Shown: in pieces, positions 8,457 through 16,886 of the stretch
Numbering within the stretch: the stretch's first letter is position 1
Layout: each line of letters opens with the position of its first letter
Program-made: the position numbers and the translations under genes
From: a virus
Taxonomy: Duplodnaviria; Caudoviricetes
Reading direction: 5' to 3' (one strand)
IMG/VR virus record: IMGVR_UViG_3300012971_000077
Span: 1 to 24,777 of that record
Length of the DNA: 24,777 nucleotides
The notes under the pieces: model-generated
What the model saw: the letters and a program-made list of their open reading frames with translations, nothing else
What the model was told of the DNA's origin: nothing
Database searches by the model: none

Positions 8457-9497
8457 ATGCCGACTCTCGCGCAGTACCGCTCCACGTTCTCCGTCGAGGC
8501 TGGACCCTACATCGGGCCTGACAGTTACGAGGTTCGTGCGATGGGCAACTCGGACCTGCAGAACCTGTACTGCCACGCGTATCCGATCCAGTCGGGTATC
8601 CCGCAGATGGACCAGTTGATCGACCGTCCACTGTACCGTCCACAAGCTGTACAGCAGACCGACCGTCATCGCTACGTGCAACTCTACGACCCCGCTCAAG
8701 GTCTCATAAAACCCGATCTGGCGTGGGCACTGGCACCGATTGCCGATCCCGGCGCGGGCACGCTGTACCAGAACCTCGAAGCTTTCACCTACGCCGAACT
8801 CGAGACACAGACGTACGATGACCTGGAAAACACGGGCTTGAGTGGCTTTGGTGAACGGTTCGAAGTTCTCGGTCCGTTCGACGTCCCGACCACGCATCGG
8901 CTGCTCAATGACGGTCTGAAAAATTGCTGGCTGGTGGTGGAGGTGGTATGTCTACCGACCGAGCTCAAGAGCCGTCACGACCTGTCAGTAGCGTGTCCGT
9001 GGCTACAAGACCCGTCGGACGTGCTACAGGTCGGCATACTCAAGGACTATCAGGACCGCGACCTGCAGGACCCGTTCGAGAACGTGGTACGCGGAATGGT
9101 CGAACGTGACGGTGGGACGTTCTACTTGAACACGGGCACCACGAGTTTCGTAGACGGCGATGTGCTGTACCTGCGGTGTCTGAAACGCGCGTACGACCAC
9201 TGTAGGGCCTCAGGAGGCACGTACGGCGAACAGAGCGGGTTGTACCTCGAAACGGACGAAGCGCCCGTAGAGCGCGTGTGGTGCGCGTCTGCGGCCCTGG
9301 TCATTGCCTGGCGCAGATTCGCCCACCTGCTCGAGCCGCAGGCGAACCAGCGCTTGATTCGCGATCAGCAGGCGGCCGCGGCGTGGTTTTCGGATGAGTG
9401 CCGAAAGCACTTCACCGCGCCACTCCCGCAACGGACGCTCCGTCGACGTCGCTACTTCGGACCACCGCGCCAACTCGCAGGGCAGTACTGGGGATGA
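8457..9497 (+). CDS. Putative tail adaptor / head-tail connector (~346 aa)
   Basis: GAGG RBS; positioned before the nozzle-like gene; helical C-terminus. Function inferred from synteny. Confidence 0.5.
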   Translation: MPTLAQYRSTFSVEAGPYIGPDSYEVRAMGNSDLQNLYCHAYPIQSGIPQMDQLIDRPLYRPQAVQQTDRHRYVQLYDPAQGLIKPDLAWALAPIADPGAGTLYQNLEAFTYAELETQTYDDLENTGLSGFGERFEVLGPFDVPTTHRLLNDGLKNCWLVVEVVCLPTELKSRHDLSVACPWLQDPSDVLQVGILKDYQDRDLQDPFENVVRGMVERDGGTFYLNTGTTSFVDGDVLYLRCLKRAYDHCRASGGTYGEQSGLYLETDEAPVERVWCASAALVIAWRRFAHLLEPQANQRLIRDQQAAAAWFSDECRKHFTAPLPQRTLRRRRYFGPPRQLAGQYWG

Positions 9498-11437
9498 GTC
9501 TCTACGCCAAAAGAGCTCCGTGGCCGTTCCACATCCACGTCAACGGCACCGGTTTTCTGATCGGCAGTCCGGGGCCCGGTCAGCCCGCATTGATGTCCGC
9601 GAAAGCCGAGGACATCTCGTCCGTCGATCCGCCGGACTTCGACTACGCCAACCTGTCTCCCATCGCGGACCGCGAGGAGCCGTTCGAGAGTCTGACCATC
9701 GGCATGGGCATGCGCATCCAGCGCAAGTGGCACGACTACCGTTACGCCGAAGCGATGGGCGTCGACCTGAGCATCTGGCCGTGGTGCAAGGGGCCCGAGA
9801 TCCTGGACTCGACCGGCGCGGCCAACGGCGAGGTCGTCGACTTCTTCGAGCTCGGCGGCATCCTGTACGCGGCGGGCGGGACGCAGATCCTGAGCTACGC
9901 GCCGTCGACCAACACGTGGACCGTGGCAGCCACGCTGCCGCATCCGATCATGTGTGCGACGGTGTTCGCGTCCAATTTCGACGGAACGCCCAGAGCCTGG
10001 GTGGGTTTCGGCGACGGCTTTCCGGCGATGTACTCCAGCAACGGTACGGCATGGACCGCGATGGCGACGTTCGGAGCGCTCGGGTTTGTGAGAATCGGTC
10101 GCGAGTGGTGGTGGGCCGACCAGACCAACAACCTGAGAAAGTGCGACACCAACGCTGACCCGACCAACGAAGCGAACTACACCAGCCTCCAGTTTCGAGT
10201 CGGCGACCGCTCGAGCCCGATCACTGCGTTGATCGCGACTGCGGGCGGCGTGCTGGTGATCGCCAAGACTGACGGGCTGTACACGCTGGATGCCGCGGGC
10301 GACGACCACCCGTTGTTCCCGTTCCTGCAGTTCGCTCCGAATGCGCGGAATGGGAAATGCCGCGGTCAGTTCATCAACGACATTTACGTGGGCTACGGCA
10401 CGAACCTGAGCCGCGTCGGACCCGACCTTGCGCTCGAGGAGATCGGTCCTGAGAAGTTGCCCGACTACGACGGCCCGGTGCGCGGCCAGGTGACCAGCGT
10501 GGCGGGCGTCGGCAACATGTTCCTGTACGGCGGTGTGTGGAACCCGGACACCCAGACGTCGTACCTGTGCAAGTTCGGCGCATTCATCATCCAGGGCACT
10601 TTCTCAACGTACCAGACGCTGGCGAACGTACTGGCCAACCCCGAGCGCATCGATGCCTGGAACGGCGCCATCAATCGTGGCTGGTCGGGGAAATACCCGA
10701 GCCGCATGTTCACCACGGCCATCGGTGCACCGGCTGGCCACACGTTCACGCTGATCGGGTTCAACGATGGCAGCATTGCGAGATTGACCAACGCGTGTGT
10801 GTTCAATCCACTGGCGTGCAGTCAGTACCGGTTCCTGGTGGGTGACGACTGGGTGCAGTTGCCCAACTGGCATGGCACGTACCAGGCGACGCGCAAGACG
10901 TTGCGCTCGTGGTCGGTGAGTGGGCCGCGCATCGACACCACCAATTACGTGACGCTCGAGTACAAGATCAACCCGCTACAGAGCACCTGGACCGACTTCG
11001 GGTATAGCTTTCAGCACGGTACGTTCGATCGGCAGCCGTTCCCGGTTGGCACGGTGGCGATTCTGGCGCAGTTCCGCGTGCATCTGCACAACACCGTGAA
11101 CACGAGCTCGCCGTCGGTCGCGTCGGTGGCCATCGGCCACGCGGTACGTCCGTCCAGGATCATGACGTTCGAAGGCGACATCCTGTGCGCGGACGGGCTG
11201 GTCAGACGTGACGGCGTGCCGATGCGCATGGGCAGGACCATGATTCGCCAGTTGCTGGAGGCCGCGGTCGACAATCCGGGCGCGGTCGCGGTGATCTTGC
11301 CGGACGAGACGAATACGTACCTGAGTTTCATCGACTATCACGTCGGTCAGAGTTTTGACGAGGTCGGTCGTCAGTGGCGCGGGAGTCTGCACGTCAAAGC
11401 CGTGCAGTGGACGGCGGTCGAACCACCACCGAGTTAG
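9494..11437 (+). CDS. Putative tail nozzle / tubular protein B (beta-propeller-like, 647 aa)
   Basis: ATGA coupling gives start MSLYAKR; blade-like segments (ILYAAGGTQI, VLVIAKTDGLYTLD, DIYVGYG); size and position match podophage nozzles. Confidence 0.6.
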   Translation: MSLYAKRAPWPFHIHVNGTGFLIGSPGPGQPALMSAKAEDISSVDPPDFDYANLSPIADREEPFESLTIGMGMRIQRKWHDYRYAEAMGVDLSIWPWCKGPEILDSTGAANGEVVDFFELGGILYAAGGTQILSYAPSTNTWTVAATLPHPIMCATVFASNFDGTPRAWVGFGDGFPAMYSSNGTAWTAMATFGALGFVRIGREWWWADQTNNLRKCDTNADPTNEANYTSLQFRVGDRSSPITALIATAGGVLVIAKTDGLYTLDAAGDDHPLFPFLQFAPNARNGKCRGQFINDIYVGYGTNLSRVGPDLALEEIGPEKLPDYDGPVRGQVTSVAGVGNMFLYGGVWNPDTQTSYLCKFGAFIIQGTFSTYQTLANVLANPERIDAWNGAINRGWSGKYPSRMFTTAIGAPAGHTFTLIGFNDGSIARLTNACVFNPLACSQYRFLVGDDWVQLPNWHGTYQATRKTLRSWSVSGPRIDTTNYVTLEYKINPLQSTWTDFGYSFQHGTFDRQPFPVGTVAILAQFRVHLHNTVNTSSPSVASVAIGHAVRPSRIMTFEGDILCADGLVRRDGVPMRMGRTMIRQLLEAAVDNPGAVAVILPDETNTYLSFIDYHVGQSFDEVGRQWRGSLHVKAVQWTAVEPPPS

Positions 11438-11901
11438 TCGACATGCCTCCAGATTCTGCGCCTGGCTATGTCCGAGACAAGGGTCATGCTGATGCCGAAA
11501 TCCGCTGCAATGGTGCGCAGCCTTTCACCAGTGCCGCGGCGACGCCGAATCACGTGGACATCGGCTTCGGTAAGTTTGGCGAGATGTTGATGTTCGCCGT
11601 GAGGGCCGACCTTTCGCTCGCGTCCCTTGGCCCGCATATCGGCAAAGTTGTCACGTCGCGTACCCAGGAACAGGTGGTTCGGTCGAACGCAGGAAGGGTT
11701 GTCGCAATGGTGCAGAACGCACAGGCCATCAGGGATCGGACCATAGACCAGCTCCCACGCTACGCGATGTGCGAGGTCTACTTGCTTTCCGGTTATTCCG
11801 ATACGACCGTAGCCTCGTTTATTTGTGCCGGCTCGCCACAGCCAGCAGCCATCACCTCGCAGTACTTTTGTCCAGAATCTCGCATCGAGAGGAGCAGTCA
11901 T
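11434..11901 (-). CDS. Free-standing HNH homing endonuclease with C-terminal HTH (155 aa)
   Basis: 'RFWTKV...CWLW..GYG..LAHRVAWELVYGPIPDGLCVLHHCDNPSCVRPNHLFLGT..DN..DM..KGR' and 'AKLTEADVHVIR...IAADFGIS..LVSDI'. Confidence 0.95.
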   Translation of the reverse strand: MTAPLDARFWTKVLRGDGCWLWRAGTNKRGYGRIGITGKQVDLAHRVAWELVYGPIPDGLCVLHHCDNPSCVRPNHLFLGTRRDNFADMRAKGRERKVGPHGEHQHLAKLTEADVHVIRRRRGTGERLRTIAADFGISMTLVSDIARRRIWRHVD

Positions 11902-13150
11902 GGCCCGAACTAACGCGACGAATTATACAGGGGTGAACCAGTTTCCGTACGCGACTGCTGGTACTGACATCTTTAAAAAGGAAGACCTCCAAACCCTCGC
12001 GCTTGCCGTTGACAACCACGATCACACCACAGGCAAGGGTCTGCCGATCACGGGCGCGATTCCGCCGGGGTCGATCACCTCAACGATGATCGCGGACGGC
12101 ACGATTCAGGCGACCGATATCGCGAGCGGGACGATCACCGGGACGCAGATTGCCAACGGGGCGATCACCACGACGCAGATTGCCGACGGCACGATCGCCA
12201 CGGCCGACCTGGCCAATAACGCGGTCACGAACGCGAAACTCGGCACCGACACGGCCAGACTGAACCTGCTTACCAACGGAGGGTTCGAGATCTGGCAGAG
12301 GGGCAACGGGCCGTTCACGACTGCAGTACCGACTACTGATCGCTGGTTCCTGCAACTGGTCGGCACCGACACGTTTTCTGTTTCGCGCAATACGGCAAAC
12401 GTAGATGTCGGCTCAGGCGCGTGTGCAGCGGTGACGTTCACGCTTGGCACCGGTGCTGGCGCGTCGTCCCTGTACCAGACAGTCAATGATCAGGTTCCGA
12501 GTCTTATCGGACGAAACCTCAGCTTCAGCGTGCGGGTGAATACCGCAACCGCTAACGCTGTCCGTATTGCTCTTCAGGATCAAAGTGGGGCCTCCCTGGC
12601 GACGAGTGCTTTCCATCCGGGTGGTGGCACGTATCAGACTTTGACGGTCACTACCGCAAGTGTGCTCCCGGGATCACTCACGGCGCTGTACATCAAAGTC
12701 TTGTTCGCTGCCACCTGCACGGCGTACATCGACAACGCCATGTTGGTGGTCGGCTCGGTCGCGGCCGACTACGCACCGCTCCACCCGGCCGATGACCTGG
12801 CGAGGTGCAACCGCTACTACCAGCGCTGGAACTCTGGTGGTGCTGGTGATGTACTAACTGTCGGTCATGTGTATACGACGACTGGGTCTATCGGATCATG
12901 GGGCATGCGAGCGACAATGTCAGCAACACCGACATTCACGTGTAGAGCGGTTGGAGATTTCTGTATCGTCAATGCCACTAATTTCCAAGGACCGCAATGT
13001 ACGGGAATCGGTATTTATCTTGGCAATGTCGATCACATTGGTATCAGTGCGAACGTAGCTAGTGGCCTTGTAGCGAATAGCGCCGGAGCTGTTGTTTCAA
13101 CTGTTGCTGCCGGGTCTTCTGCCTGGGCCGCACTGGAGGCAAATCCCTGA
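11900..13150 (+). CDS. Tail fibre / receptor-binding protein (416 aa)
   Basis: GAGAGGAG RBS, start MARTNAT; 10-aa 'IADGTI.T.QI' repeats; 'NLLTNGGFEIWQRG...DRW' and 'DDLARCNRYYQ' motifs of carbohydrate-binding tail fibre domains. Confidence 0.88.
   Translation: MARTNATNYTGVNQFPYATAGTDIFKKEDLQTLALAVDNHDHTTGKGLPITGAIPPGSITSTMIADGTIQATDIASGTITGTQIANGAITTTQIADGTIATADLANNAVTNAKLGTDTARLNLLTNGGFEIWQRGNGPFTTAVPTTDRWFLQLVGTDTFSVSRNTANVDVGSGACAAVTFTLGTGAGASSLYQTVNDQVPSLIGRNLSFSVRVNTATANAVRIALQDQSGASLATSAFHPGGGTYQTLTVTTASVLPGSLTALYIKVLFAATCTAYIDNAMLVVGSVAADYAPLHPADDLARCNRYYQRWNSGGAGDVLTVGHVYTTTGSIGSWGMRATMSATPTFTCRAVGDFCIVNATNFQGPQCTGIGIYLGNVDHIGISANVASGLVANSAGAVVSTVAAGSSAWAALEANP
11922..11927 (-). promoter_or_regulatory. 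Candidate -10 (TATAAT) for the antisense HNH gene, inside the tail fibre CDS
   Basis: Plus-strand ATTATA formed by codons AAT TAT ACA, 20 nt upstream of the HNH start; no recognisable -35. Confidence 0.45.
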
Positions 13151-13764
13151 TGTCATTACGACCGGTTCAATTCAATCCTGACGGCAGCATTGACGTGGTC
13201 TTCGATGAGATGGGCCACAGTGGCACCATCCCCGCCGCCGAGATCAAGTGGACCACCGGTATCGACGGCAGCCCGCAACACAACTACATCATCCTGAACT
13301 GCCCTGACGGCTGTGGTGGATCGAGCACCCACCCGGTGGGTGGCGGCGCGGACGCACCCAACGTGCAGCAGATGTTTGTCAACAAGACTGACCTCGACGG
13401 CTGTGCGTGTGGTCAGGTTACGAGCGCTGACGCCACGGGCCTGGGCGAGTCGCACGTACGTCTGAACTGCAATCGCATGGACGGACCCGGACGCTGGCAG
13501 CTCGATCAGGGAGTAGCAGCAGTTGTGCTCCAGGGTGCCGAGGTGCAGGCATCCGACAACATGTTCCAGGTGGTGTACGTCGATCCGGGCGACGGACTGA
13601 TCGTCGGCATGAACCCGTCCGGTGGCGCTGTCGGCAACGCTCACAAGGTCGCGGTGATTCAGGACCTGGCCGAGTACGACGTGCTGATGCGCACTAATCC
13701 CGCGTACCTGAGTGCCGACAAGAACCACATTCTGGCTGCACCGGAGGTCGCCGTAGCGGCATGA
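13150..13764 (+). CDS. Hypothetical Cys/His-containing tail-associated protein (204 aa)
   Basis: GGAGG RBS and TGATG coupling; CPDGC..H and CAC motifs. Confidence 0.7.
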   Translation: MSLRPVQFNPDGSIDVVFDEMGHSGTIPAAEIKWTTGIDGSPQHNYIILNCPDGCGGSSTHPVGGGADAPNVQQMFVNKTDLDGCACGQVTSADATGLGESHVRLNCNRMDGPGRWQLDQGVAAVVLQGAEVQASDNMFQVVYVDPGDGLIVGMNPSGGAVGNAHKVAVIQDLAEYDVLMRTNPAYLSADKNHILAAPEVAVAA

Positions 13765-13994
13765 CCGACATTAGCGCGTACACGGATGATCAGGCTGCAC
13801 AGATCACGCAGCTTCAACAACAGCAGAGCATTTTCACTCAGGCGCTCAAAGCATCTGTCGAGGGTCGTTGGACGGGAGCCGACAGCGTGGAGGCGTATCT
13901 CTACGCGCTCGACCCCACGTTGCAGGGCACGGTGACGCCGGACCCGCCAGTCACGGACTCGGAGTACGCGGAGGACCAACCCCCAAAAGGCTGA
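13761..13994 (+). CDS. Small acidic protein (77 aa), possibly the N-terminal part of a frameshifted peptidase
   Basis: ATGA coupling; ends C CCA AAA GGC TGA. Confidence 0.7.
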   Translation: MTDISAYTDDQAAQITQLQQQQSIFTQALKASVEGRWTGADSVEAYLYALDPTLQGTVTPDPPVTDSEYAEDQPPKG

Positions 13995-14014
13995 CCTGGG
14001 ACGCGGAGTGGTTC

Positions 14015-14461
14015 ATGCCACTCCAGGCGTACGACTGGACCTGCTCCGTGTGTAGTTGTACGTGGGTACTCCAGGCCACGGCTACGGTCTATCAGGACAC
14101 GGACATCTACGAGGCGCGTACCGCGGTGGGTACCCAGATGGGGTATCCGAGCTGTGTGAATCCGACGTACGGCTCGATGAACGCGCAGTGCGTCGTCGAC
14201 ACATTGGGGGCGTATGGGTTGATCGCGCGGCAGGCGTACGTCACGTTCGACCAGGCGTACGCCATCGCGCGGAAATATACGGGCACCATCAATCCGCAAG
14301 GCATGTACCACTACATGGGGATTCGGGGGATCAGTGGGCCGAATATCTGGGTGGCCAACTCGGCGAGCCCTGGATATATGGGAGTCTTCGACACGTTGTC
14401 CAGGGACCAGTTCAACGCCTTAGGTCCGGTGTCGGTCATCTACGTGGAAACTCGAGTGTGA
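14015..14461 (+). CDS. C39-like (papain-fold) cysteine peptidase, putative lysin domain
   Basis: 'Q.YDWTCSVCS' ... 'YHYMGIRG' ... 'IWVANS' Cys-His-Asn pattern; directly before holin-like gene. Start either ATG 14015 (GGAG upstream) or entry by -1 frameshift near 13985. Confidence 0.7.
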   Translation: MPLQAYDWTCSVCSCTWVLQATATVYQDTDIYEARTAVGTQMGYPSCVNPTYGSMNAQCVVDTLGAYGLIARQAYVTFDQAYAIARKYTGTINPQGMYHYMGIRGISGPNIWVANSASPGYMGVFDTLSRDQFNALGPVSVIYVETRV

Positions 14462-14471
14462 GGGGGATGGG

Positions 14472-14633
14472 ATGCACGTCGCAACGGTAGGGACGTATCC
14501 GGTGACAATTGGATGGCTGATAGCACTCCTGGTACTGATCCTGGCGATCCTGGGTCTGGTGGGCGTGCTGCCGCAGAGCGCGACAGTGGTCTTCGGCCTG
14601 ATCGCGGCTCTGGCGGTCGCCCGCCTCACGTAG
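14472..14633 (+). CDS. Holin-like 2-TM protein, copy A (53 aa); absent from ORF track
   Basis: Hand translation MHVATVGTYPVTIGWLIALLVLILAILGLVGVLPQSATVVFGLIAALAVARLT; GAGGGGG RBS; 51/53 aa identical to copy B. Confidence 0.8.
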   Translation: MHVATVGTYPVTIGWLIALLVLILAILGLVGVLPQSATVVFGLIAALAVARLT

Positions 14634-14647
14634 ACCGCGACTCGGGG

Positions 14648-14815
14648 ATGTCGCTCAACCTGACGATCAGCATTGGTTACCAGCGGCGGCGGCCGAATAC
14701 CCAGGGCGACCGCTGGGAAGCCAGGATGGACTCGCTCGGGTTGATGCTGGCGGGTGCTGCCGTGGCGATCTTGATCATCATCTTCGTGCTGCCGAAGGTG
14801 CTGGCGCTGTTCTAG
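14648..14815 (+). CDS. Small single-TM protein, copy A (55 aa)
   Basis: MSLNLTISIGY...WE..hydrophobic C-terminus; homologous to 15531-15746. Confidence 0.65.
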   Translation: MSLNLTISIGYQRRRPNTQGDRWEARMDSLGLMLAGAAVAILIIIFVLPKVLALF

Positions 14816-14819
14816 TGCC

Positions 14820-15059
14820 GTGGAAATCTGCCCGCACTGCAAGCTCGACGGCTACTCGGCAGTAAGGGGCGAGCAACTGACGGCTCACTTGCCAGTCACG
14901 TCGATCGACCGACACCCGCGGTGTGGGCATGTCATTGCGTACAGGTCGGGTGGGCGACGGGTGGACGAGCCGATGCCGATGGTCACGCTCAGAGAGCGTC
15001 AGGAGTACGTCAGGATGTGGCGCCAGTACGTGGCGAGCGTCAGATCCGGCCGGACTTAG
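14820..15059 (+). CDS. Small Cys/His (putative Zn-binding) protein, copy A (79 aa)
   Basis: CPHC...HPRCGH; homologous to 15753-15995. Confidence 0.75.
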   Translation: MEICPHCKLDGYSAVRGEQLTAHLPVTSIDRHPRCGHVIAYRSGGRRVDEPMPMVTLRERQEYVRMWRQYVASVRSGRT

Positions 15060-15093
15060 TAGTTCTTATGTCTGACTAACCGATTTGACAGGC

Positions 15094-15321
15094 TCATGCG
15101 TCAAACAGCACTTCCTGCGCGAGTCGTTTGGCGGCGATTTCGCAGTAGCGTTCCTCGATCTCTATTCCAATCGCTCGACAGCCGTCTTCGGCATGCGGCC
15201 CGATCCGCTTCAGTGGCACCCACGCTACGCAAACGGGACACTTGCCTTTGCCCGTGAAGCGCAGCAAGTGGCTGACCTTGGAAGGCTGCCCGCCTGAGCC
15301 GCCGCAGTAGACGGCCATCAT
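15094..15321 (-). pseudogene. Chimeric short ORF ending in the C-terminal remnant of an N6/N4 DNA methyltransferase
   Basis: 'GCRAIGIEIEERYCEIAAKRLAQEVL' is the typical MTase C-terminus; catalytic and SAM motifs are absent, and the N-terminal part is a C.GSG...CPVC...H segment. Confidence 0.7.
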
Positions 15322-15364
15322 GCCCACGGGCAGATGGGGCAACGGTCGGCCAACGGTAGGGGGG

Positions 15365-15526
15365 ATGCACGTCGCAACGGTAGGGACGTATCCGGTGACG
15401 ATTGGCTGGTTGATAGCGCTGCTGGTACTCATCCTGGCCATCCTGGGCCTGGTGGGCGTGTTGCCGATGTCTCAAACGGTGGTGTTCGGCTTGATCGCGG
15501 CGCTGGCGGTAGCGCGACTGACGTGA
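15365..15526 (+). CDS. Holin-like 2-TM protein, copy B (53 aa)
   Basis: AGGGGGG upstream; near-identical protein to 14472-14633 with many synonymous changes. Confidence 0.8.
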   Translation: MHVATVGTYPVTIGWLIALLVLILAILGLVGVLPMSQTVVFGLIAALAVARLT

Positions 15527-15530
15527 GCGT

Positions 15531-15746
15531 GTGCTGCCGGTCGAACCAGACGAAGTGCTCGATCCGAACCCGGCCAGGACCTCGAACTTCAAGCTGGAGT
15601 TGACGATCTCGGTTGGCTACAGCCGCGAGCGAGCAGGTCATATGGTGACGGGCAAGTGGGAGCCGACGATCACCTCGTTGTTCTTGTTGATAGGTGGGAT
15701 CTCGCTGGTGCTGATCGTCGTCTACGAAGTCGTGTTGCGACTCTGA
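15531..15746 (+). CDS. Small single-TM protein, copy B (71 aa)
   Basis: LELTISVGY...WE..hydrophobic C-terminus. Confidence 0.65.
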   Translation: MLPVEPDEVLDPNPARTSNFKLELTISVGYSRERAGHMVTGKWEPTITSLFLLIGGISLVLIVVYEVVLRL

Positions 15747-15752
15747 CGTTGG

Positions 15753-15995
15753 ATGGACTTCTGCCCACACTGCAAGCTCAGCGGCCACGCTGCACTACGT
15801 GGCGAGCAACTCGTGGTCGATTTGCCCGAGACGTGTATCGACCGTCATCCAGGCTGCGGTCACGTGCTCGCGTATCGCTCGGGCGGTCGCTGTGTAGAAC
15901 AGCCGTTGCCGGTGGTCACGTTGCAGGAACGCGCCGATTACGTTCGGAAGTGGCGGGCGTACGTGACAGCGCTGAAGTCCGCTGCGCAGCGCTGA
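15753..15995 (+). CDS. Small Cys/His protein, copy B (80 aa)
   Basis: CPHC...HPGCGH; aligns end to end with copy A. Confidence 0.75.
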   Translation: MDFCPHCKLSGHAALRGEQLVVDLPETCIDRHPGCGHVLAYRSGGRCVEQPLPVVTLQERADYVRKWRAYVTALKSAAQR

Positions 15996-16006
15996 AGTTC
16001 TTATCG

Positions 16007-16294
16007 TTACCAAGGCACATCGTGAGACTCCGCAGCATCTAATCGCTCGCGTGCTGTCTCGATGTTGCGCGAGGTTTCGATGATGTTCCGAAGCTTCTCG
16101 ACGACGTAGTCGGCTACATCAGCGCGATTACCATGCTTCCAGGCGACATCGCGCAACCTCACTACCTCATCGACCTGAGCGTCGCGGTCAGCGCAAACGA
16201 TTTCGAGATCAGCAGTCAGTTCCTCGACCTTGCGTTGTAGCCGATCTATTTCTAGGTCAGCCGCAGTCTGATACGGCGTTCGTTTGCTCGACAT
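16007..16294 (-). CDS. Small coiled-coil early protein (95 aa)
   Basis: AAGGAG RBS; heptad pattern. Confidence 0.75.
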   Translation of the reverse strand: MSSKRTPYQTAADLEIDRLQRKVEELTADLEIVCADRDAQVDEVVRLRDVAWKHGNRADVADYVVEKLRNIIETSRNIETARERLDAAESHDVPW

Positions 16295-16295
16295 A

Positions 16296-16589
16296 TCACT
16301 CCTTATGTCGGTCTAACGCTTCGGCTAGCAGTTCGATGCAGCCACCGTCGCACACGTTCTCATCATCACCGGCGCAGCCGATGGCGAACTCAGCCGCCTT
16401 CGTCACGTCTTCGAGTGACGCCCGCAGCCGTGCAGCCGTAGTTTTCCACGCTTCGCGTTCCTCAGCGACCATATTCAGCGCTTGATTGAGCCTGACCAAT
16501 TCAGCGTGTAGTTCATCCCAACTTGCCGCAGGCACGATGTAATCGGCACCAACACTCAGATCGAGCATCTCATTCTTGTCAGACATCAC
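16296..16589 (-). CDS. Small coiled-coil early protein (~97 aa)
   Basis: AAGGTG RBS; overlaps upstream stop. Confidence 0.7.
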   Translation of the reverse strand: MMSDKNEMLDLSVGADYIVPAASWDELHAELVRLNQALNMVAEEREAWKTTAARLRASLEDVTKAAEFAIGCAGDDENVCDGGCIELLAEALDRHKE

Positions 16590-16771
16590 GGCACCTTATC
16601 GCTGACAAGCGCAGCGAGCGCATCCCAATTCGCCTGGGAGTCGTTCTCCAAGTACGCCTCGACTGCTTCCCGGAGGGTTTCATAGCTGGCTCCCCACTCG
16701 CATTCAAACTCCGCGATCTGGTGACCTGAGGAGCCAACTTGGACTGAATGTCGGTGACGAGGCTTGGTCAC
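16586..16771 (-). CDS. Hypothetical early protein (~61 aa; start uncertain, ORF extends to 16834)
   Basis: GTG at 16771 follows the stop of the 37-aa ORF. Confidence 0.55.
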   Translation of the reverse strand: MTKPRHRHSVQVGSSGHQIAEFECEWGASYETLREAVEAYLENDSQANWDALAALVSDKVP

Positions 16772-16772
16772 A

Positions 16773-16886
16773 CTAACACTCGTTGTTGGGACAAGCGTCC
16801 ATCGCTGCGCCGTAAAGCTCTTTGTACCGCTCATTCTCGGCGCGGAGTTCGTCGCGCTCGGCTTCGTAGCTCAACTTGTCAGACAT
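16773..16886 (-). CDS. 37-aa peptide MSDKLSYEAERDELRAENERYKELYGAAMDACPNNEC; absent from ORF track
   Basis: TAATG coupling with upstream gene; coiled-coil pattern. Confidence 0.6.
   Translation of the reverse strand: MSDKLSYEAERDELRAENERYKELYGAAMDACPNNEC

Noticed and set aside
11374-11913. 179-aa plus-strand ORF filling the nozzle-fibre gap
   Set aside because: Antisense shadow of the clear HNH gene.
15085-15113. Perfect TTGACA as a promoter
   Set aside because: No acceptable -10 at 16-18 bp.
14461-15995. Duplication as a DGR template/variable repeat pair
   Set aside because: Differences are mostly synonymous and not adenine-specific; no reverse transcriptase in the window.
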